Below are positions 11,150 to 24,381 of a stretch of DNA of 64,000 nucleotides, in pieces. Below the pieces are notes generated by a model that saw only the letters and a program-made list of their open reading frames with translations, was not told where the DNA came from and searched no databases. The DNA is from Octopus vulgaris. Its lineage: Eukaryota. Where the stretch lies: assembly GCA_951406725.2 (NCBI GenBank), contig OX597815.1, positions 57,288,001-57,352,000 of the forward strand, read 5' to 3'. The translations under genes were made by a program, and so were the position numbers. Positions within the stretch are counted from its first letter, which is position 1. Each line of letters starts with the position of its first letter.

Positions 11150-13805
11150 CATACGTATCTAAAAATATTTAACCAGAACCAGACAGCAGTATACAGAGAC
11201 ATGAGAGGAGATGCAGTGAACATCAGAGAAGTTACTTCACTGAAGACATAGGCTCCTGGAGGAAAATCTGGAGTGAAGAGTAGTAGTTTAACCAGCTCAG
11301 TGGCTAGAAGAAATTCAAAGTTATTGTCCCTGCATTACACCTGAGACATACAGCATTGATGGTGCTACCTCTATGACTGTAATCCAGAAACTTCAGGATG
11401 GAAAAACACCTGGAAGAGACTTAATTGTTGGATACTGGTACAAGAAGCTAACCTTCTACCATATCTTATCAACCTGTACCAGTAAGTTCTCAATGGGAAC
11501 AGTAGCATACCATACTGTTTAGCTCCGGCAAAAGCAAAACTGATCCCCAAATGCAGAGCCATCCACTTGGCAAAAAATTACTGGCCTGCCAGAACTTAAT
11601 GTATAAAATATATACAGCATGTTTAAACCTCTTCCTCCAAGATCAGTGGGAAAGTAATAACATCATCACAACAGAACAAGCAGCTGAGAAGAAGGGAGTC
11701 TGGAGATGTGCCGAGCAATTGCTAATAAACAAAACTGTGATGTTAGAGGTGCAGGAGCATAGGAGGAACCTAGTTTCAATGTGGCTGGACTACAAGAAAG
11801 CCTTTGACTCTGTCACCCACTCATGGATGCTAGAAGCCTTCAACTCGCTAAAGTTCCAATGAGCATAGTCAAAACCATAGTTGACTTGACTTCATTGTGA
11901 GCCACCATCTTGAAATTAAATACAAGGAGTGGTTGTATTGCAGAGGTATATTCCAAGAGCCTCTCTGTGATGTTTATAATTTTTGTAAATTCTTTGTCAT
12001 TCATGTTAAAGAAGTCTGAAGGATATCTCACTGGTTCACAAGGAAACAGAAATACCAAAATTACACAGTTTATTCGTGGATAACTTGAAACTTTATGCAA
12101 AGAATATGCATGAGATGAAAAAGAGCCTTGACCTAGTTACAACATTCTCAAAGGATGTAGGGTTGGAGTTTGGTCAGGATAAATGTTGCTATAATGGTTA
12201 TGAAAAGAGGGAAAACTGTAAACCAGACTAGCAAATATCTCCATCAATGACTTAACTGTTTCCTTATATCTGATGAGGAATATTACAGGTATCTTGGGAT
12301 AGATTAAAACATATCTTACATAGGCATCTCTAACAAGACACATGTCACTAAAGAATATTACAGTTGAACAAAGAAAATTTATACCTCGGAACTCTCTGCA
12401 TTGAATAAAACAGTGGCCTACAATGCGTTTGCAGTGCCAGTACTCATACCAACATTTGGGCTGCTTGATTGGAGGCTTGATGAGATCTGAGCCATTGATG
12501 TGAAAACCCGAAAAATACTAACCAACACACATAATTTCTACATCAACAGTGATGTAGACTGACTCTACCTAAAATGAATACAAGGCAATAGAATCTTAAC
12601 ACCAATCTAGACTGCCTTTGAATGTCATATCACATCCCTTTGGTAACATCTTTTAACCACCAATTGTTGAAGTGCATCTCTTGACCAAGTTTGCATACAT
12701 GAGGCTGATAACATCATGAGACTTGGAAAGCAGCTCCTTCACTAGCATTCTTTGTCTGATAACCTTGAATATATGCTCAAAGAAGTCGCATGACTCTACC
12801 TCTACATATCAGATGAAAGGATGAGCTTATATCAGCAGAAGATCATGCATGGATATGTTAGTAGACAGCTTCAAGATGATCATAACATTAATCATCAAAG
12901 TAGTCTATTCATGGACCAACACCTAGATTACTACATCCCACTTTGAAGAGTATGTGTTTGCAGTCCAGGAATAGGAATATCAACCAAATACCTGATGCAC
13001 AAAACGGATAGGGATGCAGGAAAAGCAGCAAAATGTGATAAGTGATGCAAAATTTGTGGAGTTAACACTGAAGATATCACCCACATCACAAGCAGTTGTC
13101 TGAAAATATCATCATGGTATTATCTACCAATGAGACATGATGTTGTAGCTAGGACACTGTATAATGAGGTCCATCAGAAGGATAACCCCGAGGACAAAGA
13201 AATAGGAACTCACAGTATGGTAGAAGCTGTAGCCACTCATAATGAAAAGGAGTACTGGTGGCATGTCCCTGTGAAAAACTCAATAAAATGTAAACATAAT
13301 AGACCTGATATAGTGATTTAGGATAGAGAAGAGAAACTGTATATAGTTGTGGAAATCAACTGCCCAGTGGATATTAATGTAAAGCTAAAGATCAGTGAAA
13401 AAGAGAATTGCTCTACCCAGATTATAAGTTCAGGTTTATGCCTATGATTATTGGGGCACTGGTATATGTAACACGCTGCCTAAATACCAATCTTGAGAAA
13501 TTAGGCGTCTCAGAACCAGAAAGGAGAAAACTAATTCGAAGACTACAGGTCCACTCCATCACTGGAACTGTAAAAATCTGTGAAACTTACCAGAAATTTA
13601 TCATGTAAGTATTTATGAGCATGTCTACATATGCAAGTATATGCATGAGAATACATACATAAAACAAAACATACAAATCTGTACATATACATACATACAA
13701 AAATACCCTGTTGTTGTTGAAATTCTGATGAAGGAGCTTTGGATCTAGGTTAGAAACTGGTTCTTTCTCTATTGACAATAAATCTTGAAATAAAACTGAA
13801 TAATC
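11150..13805 (+). mobile_element. Decayed non-LTR retrotransposon with restriction-like endonuclease (R4/Dong-like)
   Basis: WLDYKKAFDSVTHSW (RT), CCHC remnant, RHD and NRPDIVI motifs; many stops; ends at (CA)n. Confidence 0.8.
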
Positions 13806-13944
13806 ACACACACATACACACTCACACACACACACACACACACATACAAATATATATGTACATATATATTTATATATATACATAGGCACATACACACAAT
13901 AGAACTATCATTATATGCATCGTACATAATAAAACGCAGTGTGT

Positions 13945-14860
13945 GTCTCATCGGTCATGCTAATGATAATCCTTGTCATCCCTAAGAGACAAACTTTCTG
14001 TAGGAGCTCTACAGAGCATTCTATTCCAGTCTTCTTCAGCTATTTGTCTATATCTTTGCTTACTTTTCCCAATTATTATAGACACAACCTTTACAGCTTT
14101 CATACTCCAAATTCTTCCTATTCCAAATTGTAAGGGATTGTATTTTTTTTGTTTTTTGTTGTCTTTTTTATGATCCTGGAACCAAATGGGCATTAGTAAG
14201 CAACTTCGCTTTTCCTTGTCTATAATTCTTATGCCCAGTGTATTATTTTCTAACTTCTTGTCCATTTGAATTGGAAAGTCCCACAAAATCTTACATTTCT
14301 CCGACTCCAGTACTTTTTCGACTTGATGATTGTACCATGTGTTTCCAGCTTCAAATCCCCATTTCTGGCAAAGTTTCCAGTGTAAAACGTTTACAACTTG
14401 GACATGCCACCATTTCTTATATTCTTCCTGTGCCAACTTGGGGCATTCTGTTACAATGTGTGCCACTGTCTCATTCCAAGTTCCTCATTTTTCTGGCACA
14501 TTCTCTCCATTTATATTTTCTCTCAAGTTGTTTGTTTTTATCACTTGATCTTAGGTCGCTACAATTAGGTTCTCTGTTTCTTTTATTAATTGCCCTTTTT
14601 TAAATCAAGCCCAGGATTTTGTTCCATGTACATCCTCAGTGGCTTTCCAATATTGAAAGGTTTCTCTTCAATCTGTCTGACATGCTCTCTTTGAATTTCA
14701 TTCTTATCCTTTTCTCCTATTACACTCTTAATCACCTGTTCTTTACCCGCTGTCTTTAGTGGGTTTTCTTTGCTGTTCTGTAAATATTCTGATAGGCTTT
14801 GTTGTTGTTGTTGTTGTTGGAACTCCTGGAGTCTTGCATGCATAACACACTTGTTAATAG
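13945..14860 (-). mobile_element. Decayed RLE-type LINE 3' fragment
   Basis: HIVTECPKLAQ..YK..H..V...LHW and KILWDFPIQ.D motifs. Confidence 0.75.
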
Positions 14861-14949
14861 CAGCCTACCATGCTATCTGTTCTTTTCAATTATCTAATAA
14901 TAACTATTAATTATGATTATTATTATTTATTTACTTCTCTTGATTTATT

Positions 14950-16320
14950 TCTGTCATGTCTCAGCTCCATCCTACAGCTTAGAGAGGCAGCAATTTTCTC
15001 AACATATGAGTTATTCCAAGTATTGCTGCCAACTGAATACTTCCTATGAAGATATGTATTTGTAGCTTTTGATGCCAGAATATTGCTCTCTTTGAGATGG
15101 TCTCAAGCACACTGATTACAATAGGTACCACACTCACTTTAGAAGCTCTATGAATTGTTTCACTTCCAATCCCAGATTTTGGTACTTCCTGACTTTCTCA
15201 TCATATTTCTTCTTCACAATATTCTGGTCTGCAAGTATAGCTACATTAAAGAAGTTTCACCTGATCATTTTCTGCTTCTAGCAAAGACTGGTGCTCATAC
15301 CACTTGATGAAACATTCTAGCTGATACTTTTTTCACAATTTCCAGTGTATTTTCACTGCCACTTTGTTATGGCATTTTTTGTACTCCTTTTGTTTGTTCC
15401 AGTTTTGAGCATCCACTAATTATATGTCTGTCTCAAAGGTGACACTGCTGTCTTATCAATGCTGCACTTGACTGAGTTGGTTCATAAAGTTGGTTCTTGG
15501 GTGCAAGAATCAGTCCTTCTATCTCTTTTGAAAAAAAGCCATGTCTTAATCATTTTTGGGATTATTCATCAGCTTCATTTGATATGTTTTGGAAAACTCT
15601 CTGTGTAGGAGTTTCTCTTTCCAATTAATAATCTTGTTTCTATTAGTCCTCATTTTGTACTCCTTTAGGGTCTCATCATTGTCACATATCACCTCACTCA
15701 GTGCAGCCTGCAACATTCTTTCAGATAGGTGTGCAAGGACTTGATCTCCTTCACAACACTATCCTCTATTTCAACCAGTCCTTTTCCACCTTCCTTCTTA
15801 GGTAAGTAAGCCTTGGTACATTACTTCTAGTATGCATAGCCATTACCTTCTTAGTTTTCTATCCATGTTGACAAGTTCTTCCTTTGTCCATTCCACAACT
15901 CCTATGTAGTGACATATTATCCTACAGTCCACACATTGACACCTCTAATCAGGTTTCCTCCATTTAGATTAGATCTACATAGTTTTACTCTTCTAGTCTG
16001 TTCAGAAGAAATTTCTTCCTTCATCTTGATGTTCATCATCTGGCCTAATTGTAAAATACCAAGATACCTGTAACCTTCTCCATCCACTTCTCTTTATCCA
16101 CTCATCATCTGGAAGCTGTATTCCACTGCTGTCTACTTTTTACCCTTTCACCAATTCAATAACTGCAATTTTCTTATATAAAATGCCATCTGGATGTCTT
16201 GACAGAAAATTTGTACAGTCTGAATGACACGGAGTCTCCTTGAAAGATTCACCTCTAGATGCTGACTTGTCCAATTTCACTTCCACCTGCAGTCAGAACA
16301 GTCTTCCAGTTTCTCATACT
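14950..16320 (-). mobile_element. Decayed RLE-type LINE fragment
   Basis: The minus strand shows YRYLGILQ-, HIISGC- and V.VVP.VI-like remnants; heavily disrupted. Confidence 0.6.
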
Positions 16321-16894
16321 GTTTTTGAATAAATAAATCATATTAAATCATATTGTTAACTGTTATATAAAGCTATTATTTTGAAGTTGTGTTTCAGTTA
16401 TGTTTTATGAACTATCATCTAAACCAGGGCTAAATGAAAATAGTTGTTTCCTCTTCCTCATCAACATTTGTAAGTTCTATGTTAGTTTTATTGTAGATTT
16501 TTTCTCTCATTAATTTCTATTTTTGATTGTTTTCTCTCTTTCTCTTCAATTTTGGAAACATGTGCATTTCTATTGTGTTCTCTCTCTCTCTCTCACTCTC
16601 ATCATCATTATTATTTGCATTATTTTTGTTGTTGTAACTGCACTTATTACTATTAGTAATATATTATGGTCATTTTTAAATCTCCTTCTACTGCTCTATT
16701 TTGTAGTTGAATTATCCTGATTTTTGTAGATTTTTGTAGATATTTTTGTAGATATTTGAAAACCACTTCATCTAAGTGCCTCATTATAATAATCAGCATC
16801 ATTATGGAATACCTGCTTATTTGCAGAAAGTGTAGAAATCCTAGTTGAAATATTCTGTGGATATAGTACATTTTTGATTCAGCTTACGGTAAGA

Positions 16895-17290
16895 TAGTGG
16901 CTGTGTGGTAAGTAGCTTGCTAACCAACCACATGGTTCCGGGTTCAGTCCCACTGCGTGGCATCTTGGGCAAGTGTCTTCTGCTATAGCCCCGGGCCGAC
17001 CAATGCCTTGTGAGTGGATTTGGTAGACGGAAACTGAAAGAAGCCTGTCGTATATATGTATATATATATGTATGTGTGTGTGTCTGTGTTTGTTCCCCTA
17101 GCATTGCTTGACAACCGATGCTGGTGTGTTTACGTCCCCATCACTTAGCGGTTCGGCAAAGAGAGACCGATAGAATAAGTACTGGGCTTACAAAAAGAAT
17201 AAGTCCTGGGGTCGAGTTGCTCAACTAAAGGTGGTGCTCCAGCATGGCCGCAGTCAAATGACTGAAACAAGTAAAAGAGTAAAAAGAGTA
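16895..17290 (+). mobile_element. tRNA-derived SINE
   Basis: A-box TGGCTGTGTGG, B-box-like GGTTCAGTCCC, central TA/TG microsatellite, AAAAGAGT repeat tail. A sister copy lies at 51661-52055 on the - strand. Confidence 0.85.
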
Positions 17291-17359
17291 TAGTAAAGCC
17301 TGATGTGATGATCCAATAAGATATCCAGGAAATTAACCTTTTTAATGTTTCTTTCGAAT

Positions 17360-18390
17360 ATTGTCATCTATGCATTGGGTAACAGATTAGATACATGGCT
17401 GGAGTAATATCCCAGCCAAACCAAAGGTGTTGTAGTGGTGGAATAACACACTGATCTGGCAGTAAAGGGTAAGTGACAGGCTTGGAAAACCTGAAGGGAA
17501 GTTGGTAATAGAGAGCACTACTAAATGGTTATATGGAAGATAAGACATGACCTGGAGGTTTTGCTATGTGACAAGGCTGTTGAACATACAGAATGTTTAG
17601 TACAGAGAGGAGCTACCTCATGCAAACCCAACAAGGAGCCAACAATTCAAGTTAATCACAGAGTGATGGATAATGTTATTGAGGATAAGAAGAAAGTGAA
17701 AACTTTAGGTTCATCAGGGGTAATTTTAAAGATGTTCAAAATATCTGATTAGGTAAGATGCATAATTACTGCCTGGATAGTTAATCAGGAAAGTATTACA
17801 CCCAGTAATTTCTGAAGCAGTATCATTGTAAACTGCTACAAAGGAGTTGCCTATGAGAGAGGAAATTATAGAGGAATCACACTACTAGATTAGGTTATGA
17901 AGATAATAGAGAGAGTGGTAGCACAATTAAGTTGTGACAGTCAACCTAGTTGAGATGCAGTTTGACTTTGCCCCATAAGAAACATCATGGATACAATCTT
18001 GCTTGTGAGACAAATGAAGGAGAAATACCTGGCTAAAAATAAACTTAAAATTGAACTGGAGAAAGCATTTGACATGCTCAGTTCCATGCTCAGTATTTGG
18101 CAGTCTTTCAAGAAACTAGGTGTACACAAATGGCTTGTGTGTGAGGCTGTACAAAATATGCGCAAAGATGCAGTAAGTGAGAGTCAATAATGATTTCAGT
18201 GATGAATTTACTGTGAAGGTAGGAATCCATCAAGTCTAAATCCTCAGTTCTCTTCTGTTCATCATTGTACTAAAGGCCATTACAACTGAGTTTATGACTG
18301 ACTGACCATGGGAGCAACTGTATGTTGATATAATTCTCATAGTTGAACCTATAGTGAAATTAGATAAGAAATTTGAGGCATGGGCTGCAT
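17360..18390 (+). mobile_element. Decayed RTE-like LINE fragment
   Basis: NYRGITLL and DTILLVRQMKEKYLAKNK..LEKAFD remnants. Confidence 0.65.
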
Positions 18391-18762
18391 ATTTCACCAG
18401 TTTTTCACTGATTCCACTTATCTTTTTCACTACCCAGAACCACTTCTTTTCCTATCCATCCTTCTCTTTAAGACTGTTCCTCTTAACCCACACTTTATAT
18501 TGATAAATCTTCCGTGCCACTAAATCATCTCACCTTCCCCATCACCATGCATCTCTTGCTCTCCTCATGCACTATGTCTGCTTTTCTCCTTATTATACCT
18601 CTTTCCTTCAACATTTCTCCTGTCTACTGTATTATTATTTACTATTCTTCTGCTTTTCAGAAAAAGAATACGTGCAAGATAAAATTTTAGAGAAGGTGTG
18701 TAAATAATTTCTTTATTTAGTGTCTGATCAATCTTTGTTTGCTTTCAATCTTACTACAAAAG

Positions 18763-18920
18763 GTTTATTTCAACTACCTACAAAATTGGATGAATAATCT
18801 GCAAAATTTACCTGATGCATCTCAGAGTTTGAAGAATACTTTAGAAGAAGAATGGGCATTTACAAAGTCAATCTGCCCTTTCGTCATTGGTGGAGAAGCA
18901 GAAGCAGGAAAACGTTTCAG
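18763..18920 (+). CDS. MAP3K4: MAP3K4 internal exon (VYFNYLQNW...EEEWAFTK...GGEAEAGKRF)
   Basis: AG/GT boundaries, 158 nt, phase 0 to 2; resembles recalled human MEKK4 VYFDYMRSW...LEEEWNFTK...GGEAQAGKLF. Confidence 0.9.
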
Positions 18921-18953
18921 GTAAAAACAACTGTATTGAATTCTTTTGTTTAA

Positions 18954-21094
18954 CCCTTTAGTGTTCATACTGGCTGAAGATAATTTCCCTTTATTAGTTT
19001 GAACCAGGCAGAAAATAAGCAAATCACATTATTGAATTCTCGTAACTTTGAGATAATGCGAGATAAAGCCTTTCCTGCCTTTATTCAAGTAAAAATACAG
19101 TGAAATTTTTTAGACTTCTTTGTTTTTTTCAATGGTTGAAGGGAAATATATATCTTAGATTTTAATGATATGGTGTCAGGAAGTAGCGATTACAACTTCA
19201 AAGGTTTTACTTTTGATGTACAAAATATAAATGAAAACAACAGTGATTTGTCTTCAGATGAATCTGATATTGATATTTATGAATCTTCATTGGATGAGGA
19301 AGATTTGATAATGAAAGTGATAAAAATGAAAGTGATGAAAATGACATTGCAAACATTATGGCAACATGGTTGAAGATTACTACATCAACCACAATTCCTG
19401 ATTTCACAGAAAAGACTACTTTCTGATGCTCTGCCATTGGACTATTTATTTTTATTTTTACTGAAAAGTGTTTTTGAAACTGTTGCGGGAGAAACAAATA
19501 TGCTCAACACATAATTTCTATTCATGGAAGGCCCGATCCACTATGGCAGCCAATTGATACTGCAGAAATGTGAGTTTTTTCACTGTAAACATTATGTTTG
19601 GTATCAAGCAGCTTCCTCAACTGTGGAACTACTGGAGTTTTGATATAAGGTATAGTGATCCATATATCTCCAGCATTATGTCTAACTATAGTGGCTTCAT
19701 ATATTGTTTATGTAAAAAAACTACAAGGTACCTCCACCACCAAAGGACTATGAACATTTAAAATTTCAGGTTGACATTGCATCTCAGTTACATGAGCGCT
19801 TTTCTTCTGAAAGCACAAAACTGGGAGAAAAGCAAAATTAACTGCAGTGGATGTCAACAGAGAAAATATTAACTTCCATAAAGTGGAAAAAATAAATGGA
19901 AGGAAAAAGTTTGCAGGCTGTGTTCACTGCAAAAAAGAAAAACTGCGAAAGGATATCAGGTTGAGACCTCATATATGTGTTCGTTTTGCAAAGTACCCTT
20001 GTGTAAATGGTGGTTTGGATAATTTCACAATAGAAATATAGCATAACTGGTGATCTCATCCTTGCTCACAACATCATAAGCGGAAAGTGTAACCTCTCGA
20101 AAGAGCTGTTCTTCACTCCTGCTCCAGAGCGTCGGCTGCGGAGTCATTCCGAAAAGCTCTATCTGCGACGATTTCATCTCAATCGAAGGAGAGGGGCTTT
20201 CTCCGTCCGGGTTGCAGATCCGTGGAATAAGCTGCCGGACGAGATGGTGAAGATGCCGACGACCGCTCAGTTCAAAGTCTCCCTTGACCACAAGTGGCCT
20301 GAACTCTTTACCTGAACACCACCCTGTACATAACTCCATGTCCCCCTACATGGCCTTGCTTTTTGCTTTTTGAGCCAAAGAATTAACTAACTAACTAACT
20401 ATATTTTGTTGTTTGATAGTAATACTATCATATATTCCTTTCATTTTATTACAAATAATATGTGAAAGTGAGAAATACATATTAATTTTCAGTATGTTAC
20501 ACACCTGTATTCACCTTCGTCTCACCTGTTAATGAGTTTCTTTTTATCAGATGCATTCTGTTATGTAAATGTATTCATTAAATTGTATAAGAGTACATAG
20601 CCAATGGTATATTGTCTGGTAAAAGAGTTTCGTACTTTATTTTCAATGAAAATGTTTGAATGAAATATAGAGAAAGAATAAAATCTTGTACCGGTCATAC
20701 CTGTATTTTAATTAATTCAAATAAATGTACCTCATCTTGAAAAGTGGCAAAATTGTTGGCAGTTGACATCTGGGATAATTTTAATAAAAAATCAAACAGG
20801 TAAGATGCATTAAGAATTTCAGTTTTAGTGTTCATCCATAATGTCATTGCTTTTACACCTGTTAATTAAATTTACTTGCCCATAAAAGTAAAATTTAATC
20901 AGAAAGATCAACTAAAATTACATAACTATAAACCACTGGTATATAAGCACCTACTGACAAAATTTCAAATCAGTATGTAAAAAATTAACAAAGTTACAAG
21001 CAAATATTGTGGACACTCTCTTGAACCTGAATAATTCAAAATAATGTGAACAAATAAACATTACATTTGACAGATTAATCTGAACACAAAAGAG
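18954..21094 (+). mobile_element. Decayed piggyBac-like DNA transposon
   Basis: TTAA at both ends (18950-53, 21095-98); TIR CCCTTTAGTGTTCA vs TGAACACAAAAGAG with 2 mismatches; acidic N-terminus, GIKQLPQL.NYWS...ISSIMS and Cys-rich C-terminal remnants. Confidence 0.7.
20046..20400 (+). mobile_element. CR1-like LINE 3' fragment nested in the piggyBac element
   Basis: GDLI...FSVRVADPWNKLP...FKVSLD reading; (AACT)n tail; jump in GC content. Confidence 0.75.
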
Positions 21095-21238
21095 TTAAAC
21101 AGGTGAGAAATAGGCTGATTATATCTTTAAAATAGTAAAATCAGTTTGGAAGGTGTTTTGTGCAAGTATAAATCTTTTTATGAACAGCATATAAAATATG
21201 AAACAGAAATAAAACATATAACTTAGCTCTATTAAAAA

Positions 21239-21460
21239 ATTGCTTCCTACATGCATATTTTCCCTCAACCAAACATTTAATAGTTCAAACTGAATATTAA
21301 ACTGTGCTACCTTCACCAATGTCTCCAAAACACCTATGACTATGAACATTCTGCAACAGATTCCTCCTGAGATAATGATAATTTGTTATCTCAGGAGGAA
21401 TCTGTTGCAGATGAACTATTAAATGTTTGGTTGAGGGAAATATGCATGTAGGAGGCAATT
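21239..21460. repeat. Long fold-back inverted repeat with a one-sided bulge
   Basis: 21239-21288 pairs with 21411-21460, and 21351-21376 pairs with 21385-21410. Confidence 0.85.
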
Positions 21461-21567
21461 CTATAGGTAAATATTTTTTTCTTGTTGCTCTCTAGATTGT
21501 CTGTTTATATTAAATCCATTTAATTCTCAAATAAGTTCACTTGAAAATATGTATGCTTTACTTGCAG

Positions 21568-21837
21568 TGCTCTTGCTAGTGGACTACTTAGCTCCATAGC
21601 TGACTTCTTGGAGAATGGAGTTGATGAGTTTTACACTAAAGGTAATGAGAGTGAGGAAGAGACTGTTTGCAAAGAGAATGGTCATGACAAAGAAGGGGAA
21701 AGAGATATGAAAGAAGTCAAAACTACAAGTAGTCATGCAATAAATAATGCTGAATTGGAGACAAATCCTGACGATACTGCTCTTGATAAATCTACTGATG
21801 ATGAAGCCTACCACAAGGACAAAGTATTAAAATTAAG
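21568..21837 (+). CDS. MAP3K4: MAP3K4 internal exon (ALASGLLSSIADFLENG... with an acidic insert)
   Basis: ttgcAG/GTaaat, 270 nt, phase 2 to 2, in frame with both neighbouring exons. Confidence 0.88.
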
Positions 21838-22558
21838 GTAAATGAATGTTTGATTTAAAAATTTCTTCCCTTAAAATTTAAATATGTTTTTAGTGAGAAC
21901 TCTACCTAATAAATTAAAGATTTTAATTTTTTTAAATGAATCTTGTTTCTTTCTTTGTAAAGAATTTTGCATATGTATTTTAAATTTTAAGCATTCCTTT
22001 TCATTTTTATTTCTATATTTATGGGCTAATGAGGGAGGCTCTACCTGATTATTTGACCTGCTAAAAATAGCAATGGAGTTTTCCTCAAGCATATTCTGTT
22101 GTCTTGGGTAAGGACACTACATACTCTTAAAAAGATAGTGTAATTACGACTGGAATATCTTTGATCACACATCTACCCACTCATGGTTATCCAAGGACTA
22201 AACAGAGAAAAAAATGATTATATTTATGTGAAGAGAATTTATGATTATTTGAGATGTATGGGCTTTTGGATGTGAATTTAGAAAAATTTACTAGTTGCTT
22301 TTATGATAGAAAATTTATTAGTATGGATATGCTATGTAAATGTCAGATGCATTTTAATGGAGTCATTTGAGTTGATTGTAGAAAGTAACCAAGATCAAAG
22401 TAAATGATTTGAGAAAACAAATTGTTAAATCAGACTTGACAAGCTTGTGTTTCATCAAACAAAGATGTAAATAAAAATACAGTAAAAACATTTTGAAAAG
22501 ATAAAACAGGATAAAGATGCATAAAGATGAGTCAACACTTTCTTGTAACTTCATAACT

Positions 22559-22928
22559 AAAACAAGAGCACTCAGAGAGCGCAAACATCCACCAAGGCAA
22601 CATCAACGTCCTCTCTATGATTAGCCAGGGATGATTTTTAAAACAAGAATATCTGAAATAAACTCAGGTGCTCTCACAAACGTGAATACTAAAAATGAAC
22701 CCAATCGCTCTCAAAAATTAAGTAAAATAACTGGAAAAATAATCCAGAATCTTTGTCCAGTACCAGATCGATCCCAAAATCTAATCAGTTCATGCCAGTC
22801 ATGAGGCCAAACATCCCTGAAATGTTCATCCAAATCCACTCAGTGGTTCTTGAGATATCTTGTCCATGGACTAACAAACAAACATGACTGAAAACAATAC
22901 ATTCACCATCACTGAGGCAGAGGTAATA
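22559..22928 (+). mobile_element. Possible non-autonomous Helentron/MITE-like element
   Basis: Starts AACAAGAG and ends with a degenerate hairpin ...GAGGCAGAGGTAATAA, resembling molluscan HINE-type ends. Family recognition is tentative. Confidence 0.35.
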
Positions 22929-24309
22929 AAATTTTAAAACTGTGACAGCAGGCTACAGTTGCTTTCTAAGAAACTGTAGCTTGCTGTCTTTCACTAGCTT
23001 ACTGTCAGGTATTACACCATAATCTATAGTATACTCTCAGGTATTACACTATAATCAAATCATACCTTACATCTAAATGTAGCTTCAGAAATACATCAAC
23101 CAAGCAACTTAGTGTAAAATGCTTGCACATGAAGCCACTGTAACAAAAATAAATGGTATGAAAATGGCAATTATCATACTTTGGCTTTGTGATGCAGATC
23201 CATGAAGGAGGCTGTCCACATCAATAACAAACATGCTGATGATCTGCTTCTCCAATGCAGGACAAGCAGGGCCAGTTGTAGCAATTGCAAATAAAATTCT
23301 GTTCTGGGTGCAGTGCAGCTGTGTTATAGTTTGTCCTCTATCTGTCATAGCTTCTTGTGTATTATAGTTCTCTAAGCCATTAAGGTAGAGTTTAAACTGA
23401 GTCTCCGTAGGAACTTCAGCATGCTGAGAATTTATTTTACTTAGTTGAACATGTTGAAGAATTAGGGAAAAATTTCACATGTAGGTTCAAAGCTTAGAAT
23501 CTGAGAATTCTTGAAGTAAACATAGCAAAGATAAAAGTTTTAGCTAGATAGAAAGAAGACAAAACTCTACAAAAATCTGGAAATTGACTAATCCAGTATG
23601 TGGAAAAGGAATAGGTAAAAATTTCATTAACTTGTGTTCAAGAATTGCAGTAAGATCACAGTCACAAAGTCAGAAGAGGACTTCATATATGGCAAATGTT
23701 CAGAAATAGTTAATAAGAAGCGCACTCTTGAAATTAATTCTTTCAAATGCTTGGTGGTCTTGCAACTTCTAGGAGACATAATTAGCAGTGAAGGAGGGTG
23801 TGCTTGTTACCTATTTTGGCATTAACATTACCTATCAATATGACTTTGTCATGATATGGAATTTTACTGATAACTGTTTGCAATTTAGAATTGAATATGT
23901 GATGTTCTTGTTCAGGTGCTGATAAAGTAGATATATATGAACTGATAATATGCATAAATAGGGAATTGCCTATGGGTATTCAAAAGGTTACAAGATGCTC
24001 ATCAACAACTTGAAGGATAGATGGCAACTTACACAGTAAAGTGATTTAATGGTAAATTCAACAAATTGGCTCATCTGCTGGCTCTCCAGTCCAAAAAATC
24101 AAATGTATAATAACTCACAACTTCTAATTCACCTGTATCTGCAAACCTGGTTTCACATAGAGCAGCAATATCAATATTATATGAGCTGATTAGTGCAGTT
24201 AGTGCAGTTTTTTTAAATTCTAGACTGTCTTTGCTGTGTTGTAAAGTACTTATATTCTAACAACCAGAGATTAACATGTTTCAGTTTTCTTATCTTTACT
24301 TTGACTTTA

Positions 24310-24352
<43 letters not shown>

Positions 24353-24381
24353 TAACAATAATAATAACAATAATAATAATA

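Noticed and set aside
13720-13770. CTGATGA...GAAAC in a LINE 3' UTR as a hammerhead
   Set aside because: No convincing stem I or stem II pairing.
16825-16888. Possible extra MAP3K4 exon (ttgcAG...GTaaga)
   Set aside because: No MEKK4 similarity, and the apparent donor coincides with the start of the SINE.
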